Assembly: GCA_965198225.1 (NCBI GenBank)
Contig: CBDAOY010000007.1
Location: 256,001 to 320,000 of the forward strand
DNA length: 64,000 nucleotides
DNA from: Terriglobia bacterium
GTDB taxonomy: Bacteria; Acidobacteriota; Terriglobia; 20CM-2-55-15
Reading direction: 5' to 3'
Part shown: piece by piece, positions 30,986 to 40,511 of the stretch
Position numbering within the stretch: the stretch's first letter is position 1
Layout: each line of letters opens with the position of its first letter
Made by a program: the position numbers and the translations under genes
Notes under the pieces: model-generated
Told to the model about the DNA's origin: nothing
Seen by the model: only the letters and a program-made list of their open reading frames with translations
Database searches by the model: none

Positions 30986-32353
30986 CTACCGATTCGGCCC
31001 CCCAGGCCCTTCGTCCTCGGTGGTCTTCATCGCCTCTCGCTTGGCGACCTCCTGATCGAACTCTTCCTGGCTCAGATAGGTGACGTCGACCCAGGCATGA
31101 GCCATTTCGTCGACCGTGCGGTCACCCCATCCGACCCACTGCGTGGGATCCGGGTTGTTGGGGTTGTTCTCCGTGTTGTCGTGCCAGGCCGTGATCACGA
31201 TCGTGGTACCTGCCGGCAGCAGCGGCGCCGCGTGGTCGGCATAGATGTAGTTGATGTGCCAGTTCCACTGGGGGTTGTCCGCCTGGCTCAGGATTTCGGT
31301 TCGTCCATCGGGATAGACCGCTTCCATCGTCATGGTCTTTCCACGCATGTGCATGTGGGGCTGGAAGTTCTCAAGTCGCGACGGCCACTTGAGGACGTGG
31401 AATTCCTGCGTCACCGCGACTTCACCCGGCGGGATGTCCAGGCCGTTGCGTCCCCTGGCGTCGAACATTCGTAATCGCGTACGGTTCGCGGGTTCGTTCC
31501 CCTTGTCATAGAACCAGACGCCCAGCTCGACGTAGCTGTCTTCCACGAGCTCGCCGATTGCGTGCATGTGGACTTCCCAGCGGATCTTGGAATCGGGCAG
31601 CATCACCTTGCCGGCGCCGTCAGGGAAGATCTCGCCGCGCTTTCCGACCGCCCACTCCATGAAGAGGCCTGGACCGCCCATCGCGCCCCGGCTGGTGGTC
31701 TGGACGCTTCCCGCACTCATTTCGCCTTCTTCCTCCTGCTGCTCGAGGAAGGCAAGTACATGGTGCATGATGGCCGTTCCTTGTTTGCCGATTGGCCGGA
31801 TTTCGATCGCCTTCACCCAACGCTCTTCAGTGAGCCCAGTCTCGTTCACCGGTCGGAACCACTTGTCCTGCGTCTGCGCCGCCAGCGTGTAAGGATCCGA
31901 GGCCACGACCAGGTCAGGCGCACCGAATTCCTCTTCGAACTGCCAGCCAAACGGATCGGGGAACTCGGCGGGCGGAGGCAGATCCTTCTCGTCACCGAAA
32001 GGGGTGTCGCTGTCCACCCACGTGACGATCGTTTCGATCTCTTGATCCGTCAGACCCCGATCGTTCTTGAACTCCTGGATTCCCACGGTCCGATCGATGT
32101 GCCAGGGAGGCATGATGCGATCCGCGACCTTTGATCGGACCCGATCGGCGTACTGGCGGACGTCCTCGAACTTCATCAACGACATAGGTGCGATCGAGCC
32201 CGGCTGATGACAGATCTGGCACTTCTGCTGGACAATGGGTGCGACGTCGCGCGCGTAGGTCACATCGTCCGGGACCTGGGCGGACACCCCCGTCACACTC
32301 AGCGTGAGTGTGGCAGCAAGTGCCAGCACTCTTCCCGCCGTTTTTCTGATCAT
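30986..32353 (-). CDS. Secreted c-type heme + copper type II (PHM/DBH-like) monooxygenase-like protein
   Basis: Signal peptide, CQICH, MPPW, MHH, WEVHMH, PHMHMRGK, DEM. Confidence 0.75.
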   Translation of the reverse strand: MIRKTAGRVLALAATLTLSVTGVSAQVPDDVTYARDVAPIVQQKCQICHQPGSIAPMSLMKFEDVRQYADRVRSKVADRIMPPWHIDRTVGIQEFKNDRGLTDQEIETIVTWVDSDTPFGDEKDLPPPAEFPDPFGWQFEEEFGAPDLVVASDPYTLAAQTQDKWFRPVNETGLTEERWVKAIEIRPIGKQGTAIMHHVLAFLEQQEEEGEMSAGSVQTTSRGAMGGPGLFMEWAVGKRGEIFPDGAGKVMLPDSKIRWEVHMHAIGELVEDSYVELGVWFYDKGNEPANRTRLRMFDARGRNGLDIPPGEVAVTQEFHVLKWPSRLENFQPHMHMRGKTMTMEAVYPDGRTEILSQADNPQWNWHINYIYADHAAPLLPAGTTIVITAWHDNTENNPNNPDPTQWVGWGDRTVDEMAHAWVDVTYLSQEEFDQEVAKREAMKTTEDEGPGGPNR

Positions 32354-32369
32354 GGCTGTCTCCCTCTTA

Positions 32370-33227
32370 TTAAGGGCTGATCGTGACCTTCACGAACCCG
32401 TTGGTCCAACAGCATTGGGAGTGGCCCGCTCCCGTTACGCCCGAAACGTCGTTGGCTCGCACCCGCAAAGTATATTTTCCCGGCTCGCCGAACGTGGCTT
32501 CCGTGGCCATCATTCCGCCCGCCACGGGAACTTCGCCGGATTCTTCCGCGAACGTGACCTCGCCCGGCCCGCTGTGTTTGAACCAGGTCAGCGTGACCGG
32601 GGCATCGGAGCTGCCGGGCCTGCGGACACTGCCGGATCTCCGACCATCATCCTTCGCCCAGACGCTTACCTTGACCGCCGTTCCGACGCGTCCGGAGAGT
32701 ACAGGGCCCATCAATCCGGCCGGCCCCGCCCCTTCTGGACCCGACTGGGAAAACGCGAGGACGGGCGGTTTGTTGCCGAACGTGGCTTCTCCTACGAGCG
32801 CATCGATCTGCCAGTCTGTCTTGAGCGCACCCGGTATCGAGTTCGTTTCCCCTCGGATTCTCAGGGTCCACACGACCTTCCCGCTGCCGAAGTCCGCGGG
32901 CACCTTCACTCCGAACACGCCCCAGTGACGCCTCGAGTTGAATTGCGTCGGTTGGCCGCCGTTGAACTCTGCGGGTTCGATGTAGTTGTCTTCGCCAACC
33001 GGTATATCGAGGGTTTCTTCCAGATTCCGATTGTGGTACCCGAATGACAGTGTGAAGGTGCCGTCGGGGTTCTCGTACCAACCCTCGTAAACGGGAGTCA
33101 CGGTCAGGCCGCGTGCACTCGTGATACCGAGGGGCACCTGAGCCGTGGCGGGCACCCATGCCGTCCAGCCGACGACCAGCGCTACGGCGCTCAGCACTAG
33201 GCAACGAGTTGTCTTCGGAATCCTCAT
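32370..33227 (-). CDS. Secreted hypothetical protein with an Ig/PKD-like C-terminus
   Basis: Signal peptide; PVYEGWYENPDG, GQPTQF, FGEPGKYTLRVRAND, CCWTN; 16 bp from the monooxygenase gene. Confidence 0.7.
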   Translation of the reverse strand: MRIPKTTRCLVLSAVALVVGWTAWVPATAQVPLGITSARGLTVTPVYEGWYENPDGTFTLSFGYHNRNLEETLDIPVGEDNYIEPAEFNGGQPTQFNSRRHWGVFGVKVPADFGSGKVVWTLRIRGETNSIPGALKTDWQIDALVGEATFGNKPPVLAFSQSGPEGAGPAGLMGPVLSGRVGTAVKVSVWAKDDGRRSGSVRRPGSSDAPVTLTWFKHSGPGEVTFAEESGEVPVAGGMMATEATFGEPGKYTLRVRANDVSGVTGAGHSQCCWTNGFVKVTISP

Positions 33228-33371
33228 AGTCACCGTTGTAGAAGGACTCGCACGCATCCGATAGTCGCTCTATCGGATATACCGGGAGAACCGGGGCGTG
33301 TCAAGAAGTACGCGGATCAAGAGCAACGTGTGGCTCTCCTTAGAGCCACCTGGATCAGGGGTTCGTTTTCG

Positions 33372-33400
33372 TTGACATCGAGCGGGTCGGTTCATACGCT
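33372..33400 (+). promoter_or_regulatory. Sigma70-like promoter, with a weaker divergent TTGACA on the minus strand at 33299-33304
   Basis: TTGACA-17 bp-TACGCT. Confidence 0.55.
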
Positions 33401-33530
33401 GGCCCAAAGCAAGACAGCCCTACATTTCAGATAAGGATGACGACGACCTCCTGGTCCCTGCGCTTTCGTGTGTCCTGAACAGACGGACCGGCAGTGCGTG
33501 ACCTAATCGGTAGCCGGTGGGAGCGACCTT

Positions 33531-34148
33531 ATGGAACCGAATATTGCTGATCGTGAATACAGAAAGCCGGAAGTCGTGTTTTCGGATGCCCGGCACCCAA
33601 GCAAAGAACAAGTGGCCCCGAAGATTCACAAGGAATGGTCACTGGTATACCTGGGCACCGTGGGTGCTCTGGCGGGTTTCCTGGGAAGCGTGACCAGCTT
33701 TGTGGCGAATGTCCTGGGCGCTTGGGCCCTCGACGTCGAGAGGCTCATGTTGTTGCGGGTTTACGCGACGATCTTCGAAGGGCCCGACGCACTGCTGCTT
33801 GAAGACACGCCGTTTGTTGCCGAAGTCCTGCTGGTCCACATCGTCGTTGGCGCGTTGTTCGGAGTCGTGTTCGTAGCGCTTACATCCCAATTTCCACAGA
33901 TCCGGCAGCCCGTGCACTACGCGGCGGCGGGTCTCGGTTTCGGTTTGCTGTTGTGGATTGGCAACTTCTACTTAGTCCTCAGTTGGCTTCAACCATTGAT
34001 CAGTGGGGAAGCGTATATCGTTGAGAACATCCCGTGGTGGGTGGCTGCCCTGACACACATCTGTTACGGTCTGACACTCGCAGCAGTCGCCTTTCCATTC
34101 CGATCGGACGTGGAAGCTCATACTCAGCAGCCAGTGGCAGAAGTCTGA
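33531..34148 (+). CDS. Four-TM membrane protein
   Basis: Four hydrophobic helices with intramembrane His (LVHIVVG, LTHICYG). Confidence 0.7.
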   Translation: MEPNIADREYRKPEVVFSDARHPSKEQVAPKIHKEWSLVYLGTVGALAGFLGSVTSFVANVLGAWALDVERLMLLRVYATIFEGPDALLLEDTPFVAEVLLVHIVVGALFGVVFVALTSQFPQIRQPVHYAAAGLGFGLLLWIGNFYLVLSWLQPLISGEAYIVENIPWWVAALTHICYGLTLAAVAFPFRSDVEAHTQQPVAEV

Positions 34149-34477
34149 TGGTTCGCGCGCATGGGTCTTGCGGGGCGGAGACGAGGCGCGAGGAGGAACT
34201 GATGCTGTTTCATCATGACGACGAGCAACAAAGTATCCGACCGCAATCCCCGTGCGCCCGGAGGGTTACGGCGGCGTCACACCATCTGCGTTGTTCCCGC
34301 GACTCAACGATGTACCCGCATCGCCGTCGGCGCGGCGCCTAGCATCTGGCGCAACGCCGCCGTAACGCGAGCCATCAGACTTCTGCCACGGGCTGCTAGG
34401 CCAGCCCGACCAGTACGACACCGACGAACTCCGCTACATTTTAGGGATCGGTTCTTTTTTCGGAGGGTCCTTCAAGA

Positions 34478-35568
34478 ATGCAAAGAATTGAATTCAAGCC
34501 TGGCACGATGATCGTCTGCTTTGTCCTGTTCCTGGCTCTGTCCGGTAACAGGACTCGATCTTTCGCATCGCGTCACAGTCGAAGGCGCTGGTAAGTGTCG
34601 CGACGATGATTCTTCAGGAAGAGGGCCGCCTCCTGATCACCGATTTCGTTGGCAAGTATCTTCCGGAGTTCCGGGAGACGAGGGTGGCCGTGTCGCGGGG
34701 TGACGGCCAATATGAAATCGTCGACGCGAACCGCCCGATTGCTGTCCGTGACCTCCTCACACATACCGCGGGGATCGGTTACGGCAGTGGCCCGGCGGGC
34801 GACCTCTGGGCAAAGGCGGGAATCCAGGGGTGGTATTTTGCCGACCGGGACGAGCCCATCGCTGCCACCGTCCGTCGGATCGCGGCGCTTCCGTTCGATG
34901 CCCAACCCGGCGAAGAATTCGTCTACGGGTACTCTACCGACATACTGGGGGCTGTGGTCGAGCGAGTCGCCGGCGTGCCCCTCGACGAGTACCTGCGGTC
35001 ACGCATACTGGAACCGCTGGGTATGGACGACACGCACTTCTACTTGCCGAGCGCAAAGCGGGGTCGTCTGGCCGCGGTGTATTCAGCTAGAGAGGATGGC
35101 GGTATCGAACGGGCTCCAGACCCGGGTCACATGGTGGGTCAGGGCGCCTACGTCGATGGGCCCCGGAAGAGCTTCTCAGGCGGAGCCGGACTCCTGTCGA
35201 CCGCAAGCGACTACGCTCGGTTCCTCCAGATGCTTCTGAACGGGGGAGAGCTCGACGGAGAACGAGTGCTCACTCCTAAGACGTTGGAACTGATGACGTC
35301 GGATCACCTCCGGGGAAAGCCGTTCCGCAACGGCCAGGGTTTCGGTCTCGGCTTCTCCGTGGTGAAGGATCTGGGAGCCCGCGGATGGCCGGGTTCTGTG
35401 GGCGAGTTCGGCTGGGGAGGCGCCTACCACTCGACATACTGGGTCGACCCTGAGGAGCAGTTGGTCGTCGTCTATTTCACGCAACTCATCCCCGCCCGCG
35501 GGCTCGACGACCAGGGCAAGCTGCGTGCCCTCGTCTATCAGTCCATCGTCGATGGTGGTGGGCGTTAG
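34478..35568 (+). pseudogene. Serine hydrolase (beta-lactamase-related) with an internal 5' deletion or frameshift
   Basis: [11 protein letters not shown] (SxxK) at 34552-34584 preceded by an in-frame TAA; signal peptide in another frame from 34478; LLTHTAG, YGYS, WGG. Confidence 0.8.
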
Positions 35569-35654
35569 CCCGAGCTTCTCATAATCAGGGGACGGAGACC
35601 GAATTCGGGTGAGGATTGAGATCGGGGACGGAGACCGAATTATTGGGAACCTAA

Positions 35655-37668
35655 CCCGACTTCCGCGGTTCGGCACGATTTTCATCTAATTTGGCCCATT
35701 TGGAGCACGAATCGCGTTTGTTTTCTGTGCCTTGACCTCCTGGGTGGGCGTGTAGTGCCGACCTACCCCCTTGATTAGTTTTTCGGATATGCCGACGATG
35801 CGTGCATGTTCGTGCGCTGCAAGAAGCGATTCAAGGACGGCAAGGAGCACCGCTACTGGAGTGTCGTCGAGAGCACCCGGGTCGGTGGCGGCCGTGTGGT
35901 CCAGCGCCAGCTTCTCTATCTCGGCGAGATCAACGACAGCCAGCGCGCCGAGTGGTGCCGCTCGATCGAGGTTCTCAGCGGCGGCGCGGCGCTGCAGCAG
36001 ATGGCGCTGTTTCCCGAGGACCGGCCCGCGCCGGTGTTGGATTGCGATGTCGTGCAGATCCAGCTCGACAAACTGGAACTGCGCGATCCGCGCCAGTGGG
36101 GCGCCTGCTGGCTGGCGCTGGCGTTGTGGGACCGTCTCGGGCTGGACCGTTTCTGGGGCCCGCGGCTGCCGCCCAGCCGCAAGGGCACCCGATGGCTCGA
36201 TATCCTCAAGGTGCAGGTCTGTTATCACCTGATCGATCCCGGCAGCGACTGGCGGCTGCACCGGCACTGGTATGAACACAGCGCGCTACGTGACCTGCTG
36301 GGCAGTGACCGCGTGATCTCCGACGACAAGCTCTACCGCTGTCTCGACCGGTTGCTCGACCACAAGCGCGAGTTCTTCTCGTTCCTCAAGGCGCGCTGGA
36401 GCACCCTGTTTGAGGCCCGGTTCGATGTTCTGCTCTACGATCTGACCAGCACCTATTTCGAGTCGGACCCGCCCTTGGCGGGCAAACGCCAGTTCGGCTA
36501 CAGCCGCGACAAGCGTCCCGACTGCGTCCAGGTGGTGATCGCGCTGATCATCACGCCCGACGGTTTCCCGCTGGCCTATGAGGTGATGCCGGGCAACACG
36601 GCCGACAACACCACGCTGGCCGCCTTCATCGACCGCATTGAGGCGCAATACGGTCGTTCCGACCGCATCTGGATCATGGATCGCGGCATTCCCACCGAGG
36701 AGACCCTGGCCGAGATGCGCGCCAGTGCCTCGGGCCTGCGCTATCTGGTTGGCACACCCAAAGGTCGGCTGACCCGTCTGGAGTCGTCCTTCCTCGATCT
36801 GCCCTGGCAGCAGGTTCGCCAGTCCGTTGACGTCAAGCTGCTGTCACGAGACGGCGAACTCTATGTGCTGGTCCGTAGCGAAAAACGGATCTCGAAGGAA
36901 CGCAGCATGCGGCGGCGACGGCTGAAGAAGCTGTGGAAACGCCTGCATGACCTGCAGCGACAATCCCTCAGCCGGGATGCGTTGCTGATCAAGCTGGGCG
37001 CCGCAAAGAAGGAGGCCGGACGCGCCTGGTATCTGGTCCGTATCGAGGTCCCAGAAAGCAATGGGGCACTGGCCCACAACGGCTTTGCCTTCACGCTCCG
37101 GCGCGACAAGCTCCGGGCCGCCTACCGGCGCGAAGGCCGCTACCTGCTGCGCTCCAACATGACCAGCGGTGACCCGGCACAGTTGTGGAGCCACTACATG
37201 CGATTGACCGAAATCGAGCAGGCGTTCAAGGAACTCAAGCACGACCTCGCGATCCGGCCGATCTTCCATCAGCACGACCACCGCATCGAAGCCCATATCT
37301 TCCTTGCCTTCATCGCCTGGTGCCTGCAGGTCACCCTGAAATCCCTCATCCGCCCCCACGCCCCGGGGCTGACACCCCGCGCAATCCTCGACACATTCTC
37401 GACCATACAGATGGTCGATGTTCATGTGCCGACCACCGACGGACGCCACCTCGTCCTGCCGCGCTACACCCAACCCAACAGGGACCATCTCTTGCTGCTG
37501 CATCATCTCGCCATGACGTTGCCGCAACAGCCGACACCGCGCATCGCCATCTGAGCGCCATGCCACGGCCCCGATCGCCGACAGCCTTGTAGTGCCGACC
37601 TTCGGGACCTCGATCTAATTAACTCAACAACTTAGGTCTACCAAACCTGCCGAACCGCGGAAGTCGGG
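35655..37668 (+). mobile_element. IS1634-family element, complete
   Basis: Perfect 21-bp IR CCCGACTTCCGCGGTTCGGCA; CTAA duplication; internal TGTAGTGCCGACCT at both ends. Confidence 0.92.
35806..37554 (+). CDS. IS1634-family transposase
   Basis: LLYDLTSTYFE, FGYSRDKRPD, MDRGI, IEQAFKELK...RPIFH, RIEAHI. Confidence 0.93.
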   Translation: MFVRCKKRFKDGKEHRYWSVVESTRVGGGRVVQRQLLYLGEINDSQRAEWCRSIEVLSGGAALQQMALFPEDRPAPVLDCDVVQIQLDKLELRDPRQWGACWLALALWDRLGLDRFWGPRLPPSRKGTRWLDILKVQVCYHLIDPGSDWRLHRHWYEHSALRDLLGSDRVISDDKLYRCLDRLLDHKREFFSFLKARWSTLFEARFDVLLYDLTSTYFESDPPLAGKRQFGYSRDKRPDCVQVVIALIITPDGFPLAYEVMPGNTADNTTLAAFIDRIEAQYGRSDRIWIMDRGIPTEETLAEMRASASGLRYLVGTPKGRLTRLESSFLDLPWQQVRQSVDVKLLSRDGELYVLVRSEKRISKERSMRRRRLKKLWKRLHDLQRQSLSRDALLIKLGAAKKEAGRAWYLVRIEVPESNGALAHNGFAFTLRRDKLRAAYRREGRYLLRSNMTSGDPAQLWSHYMRLTEIEQAFKELKHDLAIRPIFHQHDHRIEAHIFLAFIAWCLQVTLKSLIRPHAPGLTPRAILDTFSTIQMVDVHVPTTDGRHLVLPRYTQPNRDHLLLLHHLAMTLPQQPTPRIAI

Positions 37669-37816
37669 CTAAGGCCATGGTTTTCTGGTCCTGGCAATTC
37701 GGTCTCCGTCCCCGATCTCCTCGGTTTAGCGAATTCGGTCTCCGTCCCCGAATTCAACGCCGCGTCAGACGCGTCGCCGCGGTCGCTCTATTCGCGCGCG
37801 TTGACACCTTAAGAGT

Positions 37817-37845
37817 TTGACGTTTCGACGGGCTACTCCTATAAT
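37817..37845 (+). promoter_or_regulatory. Near-consensus sigma70 promoter of the second triad
   Basis: TTGACG-17 bp-TATAAT. Confidence 0.7.
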
Positions 37846-38042
37846 CCGTGTCATAGCTAAAGGCCGTATTTTCTAGGGCCTATGTGTGTTAGTGGTCTAT
37901 ATCTTTCAGGGTAGGGTGTATTTACCCGGTCCGATCGGGATTTTACTGCCGATTGGACAATGAGAGTTTGGTCGAAACGCTCCAGGCCGCGGCCGACGTT
38001 CGGTTGTGATCCAGTCTTGAGTTTCTGTAGTAGGAGAGTCCG

Positions 38043-40412
38043 ATGAAAGGCGTGCTGGTTTCCTGTTTCCTTATCCTGTCTGCGGGGATGGCCTTCGCCC
38101 AGAGCGACGACATGCCGGTTGAGCAGCAGCGTGCGCTGGTCAACGAATTCTGTGCGGGGTGCCATAACGATGCCGTCATGTCGGGAGACTTTTCCTGGAC
38201 TGAGGTGGACGTGGAGCATCCGGAGCAGAACGCCCAGCAGGTCGAGCGGGTGATCCGCAAGGTGCGCTCCGGCATGATGCCGCCGGTAGGCGCTCCGCGG
38301 CCCGAAGCAGCCACGCTGAAGGCTTTTGCATCCGCGTTTGAAGGGCGAATCGATCAGGCGGCCGCGGAGCAACCGCACATCGGCGCGCCCGATCTACACC
38401 GGGTCAATCGAACCGAGTACCGCAACTCGGTCCGCGATCTGCTCGGCATCGAAGTGGACATCACCGAACTCCTGCCTCCTGACAGCAGGAGCGGTGCGTT
38501 CGACAACATGGCGGACGCTCTGACGGTGACGCCGGCCCTCATGCAGGCCTACGCCCGAGCGGCGGAGAAGATCAGCCGCGAAGCCGTGGGCGACGTGGAG
38601 GCGAGCCCCGGTATGTCCTCCTATGCCGTCCAACGGGTCGCCAACCAGATGCGCCATGTCGAGGGCACCCCCTTCGGCACGCGTGGCGGCCTCTCCCTAC
38701 TGCACACTTTCCCGACCGACGGTGAATACGAGTTCAAGGTGGATCTCCATCACTGGTTTACCGGCAATATCATAGGTTCCAGACTGGCCGATCCGCTCCG
38801 GGATCAGGAGATCGAGATCTCGATCGACGGGGAGCGCGCGCTTCTCATCGCGATCGATCCGAACATGTTGGAGGAGGACGGCCCGATCGTCTCCGAACCC
38901 ATCCAGGTCGAAGCCGGTCAGCACAGGGTCGCGGCGGCGTTCCTCACGAAGTTCGACGGACCGATCCAGGACCCGTATCGCCTGATCGAGCACACCCTGG
39001 CCAGCACCGACATCGCCAATCATCCCCAGATGACGGCGATGCCCCACCTCAAGACCCTTTCCATAACGGGTCCGTTCGAGGCCACCGGCATTTCTGAGAC
39101 GCCGACGCGCCGCCGGATTTTCACGTGCCGGCCGTCCGGTGTCGCGGACGAAGTGGCCTGCGCCAGGGAGATACTGTCGCAGCTCACCCGACAGGCGTTT
39201 CGCCGGCCAGTGGAGACGGTGGATGTGGACAGGCTGATGGTCGCCTATGAAGCCGGCCGTGAGGGAGGGGACTTCGAGACGGGTGTCCGCACGGCACTGC
39301 AGGCCATCCTTGCCGATCCCGAATTCGTCTTCCGGTTCGAGCGCATACCGTCGAACGTCGCCCCGGGTGAAAGCTTTCGCTTGAGCGACCTGGAGTTGGC
39401 GTCCCGGCTTTCTTATTTCCTCTGGAGCAGCGCCCCGGATGAGGAGTTGCTCACACTGGCCGGTAATGGCGAGCTCGAGGATCGTAATGTTCTCCGGGAG
39501 CAAGTCGAGCGGATGCTGGCGGACCCGCGTTCCGAGCCCCTTGCGACGAACTTTGCCCGCCAGTGGCTGCGCTTGACGGGCATCCAGGAAATGATTCCGG
39601 AACCGACGCTCTTCCCGGCGTACTCAACGAACGTCGGCTTATCGATGCGCCGTGAAGTGGAGTTGTTCTTCGACAGCGTCATGCGCGAAGACCGCAGCAT
39701 CATGGATCTGCTCAACGCAGACTACACGTTCGTCGATGAGGTGATGGCCCGGCACTACGGGCTCCCCTCCGAGTTGGGGGAACGGTTCCGGCGAGTGGAG
39801 TTGACGGACCCGAACCGGTTCGGCCTGATCGGGAAGGCAGGCATCCTGATGATGACGTCTCTGGCGAACCGCACCTCACCGGTAGCGCGCGGTAAGTATG
39901 TGCTGGAAGTATTGATCGGCTCACCGCCGCCGAACCCACCTGCGGCCGTACCGCCGTTCAAGGAAGCCGTCGAAAACGCAGTAACTCTGTCCGTGCGCGA
40001 GCGCATGGAAGAGCATCGCGAAAACCCAGCCTGCAACGCCTGCCACCAGATAATGGATCCGATCGGACTGGCACTCGAGAATTTCGATGCCATCGGGAAG
40101 TGGCGGATCAACGACAGTGGTGCCGGCATCGACGCCTCCGGCGTCATGTATGACGGAACGGAGCTGGATGGGCCGGTGGGCTTGCGTCAGGCGATCCTGG
40201 ACCGATCCGAGGCGTTCGTTGGCAGCTTTGCGGAAAACCTCCTGGCGTACGGTCTGGGCCGCGTGCTGGATCACCGCGACATGCCGATGGTTCGTTCTAT
40301 TGCGCGCTCGGCGGCGGAGGAGGGCAACCGCTTCTCGTCATTCGTCATGGGTATCGTCGAGAGCCGGCCGTTCCAGATGAGGGTTGCAAGAAGAGAGACG
40401 GAAGTTCAGTAA
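38043..40412 (+). CDS. Di-heme cytochrome c / DUF1592-family protein, copy 2
   Basis: CAGCH, CNACH, MMPPVG, ELASRLSYFLW, TSPVARGKYV; RBS AGGAG. Confidence 0.9.
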   Translation: MKGVLVSCFLILSAGMAFAQSDDMPVEQQRALVNEFCAGCHNDAVMSGDFSWTEVDVEHPEQNAQQVERVIRKVRSGMMPPVGAPRPEAATLKAFASAFEGRIDQAAAEQPHIGAPDLHRVNRTEYRNSVRDLLGIEVDITELLPPDSRSGAFDNMADALTVTPALMQAYARAAEKISREAVGDVEASPGMSSYAVQRVANQMRHVEGTPFGTRGGLSLLHTFPTDGEYEFKVDLHHWFTGNIIGSRLADPLRDQEIEISIDGERALLIAIDPNMLEEDGPIVSEPIQVEAGQHRVAAAFLTKFDGPIQDPYRLIEHTLASTDIANHPQMTAMPHLKTLSITGPFEATGISETPTRRRIFTCRPSGVADEVACAREILSQLTRQAFRRPVETVDVDRLMVAYEAGREGGDFETGVRTALQAILADPEFVFRFERIPSNVAPGESFRLSDLELASRLSYFLWSSAPDEELLTLAGNGELEDRNVLREQVERMLADPRSEPLATNFARQWLRLTGIQEMIPEPTLFPAYSTNVGLSMRREVELFFDSVMREDRSIMDLLNADYTFVDEVMARHYGLPSELGERFRRVELTDPNRFGLIGKAGILMMTSLANRTSPVARGKYVLEVLIGSPPPNPPAAVPPFKEAVENAVTLSVRERMEEHRENPACNACHQIMDPIGLALENFDAIGKWRINDSGAGIDASGVMYDGTELDGPVGLRQAILDRSEAFVGSFAENLLAYGLGRVLDHRDMPMVRSIARSAAEEGNRFSSFVMGIVESRPFQMRVARRETEVQ

Positions 40413-40511
40413 CCAGCGCAGCCGAGCGTCGGCTGCATGGCACAGTACTAATTTTGGTTCAGTGATCTTTTAGTTGAAGTCGCAATTTCCTGAGAAGGGG
40501 AGCTAAGAATC

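Larger units (their letters stand above)
35588..37749. repeat. GGGGACGGAGACCGAATT palindromic repeat cluster split by IS1634
   Basis: Direct copies at 35588 and 35624, inverted copies at 37696 and 37732; another at 11846. Confidence 0.7.

Noticed and set aside
34150-34470. Riboswitch or small ORF upstream of the serine hydrolase
   Set aside because: No known aptamer consensus recognised
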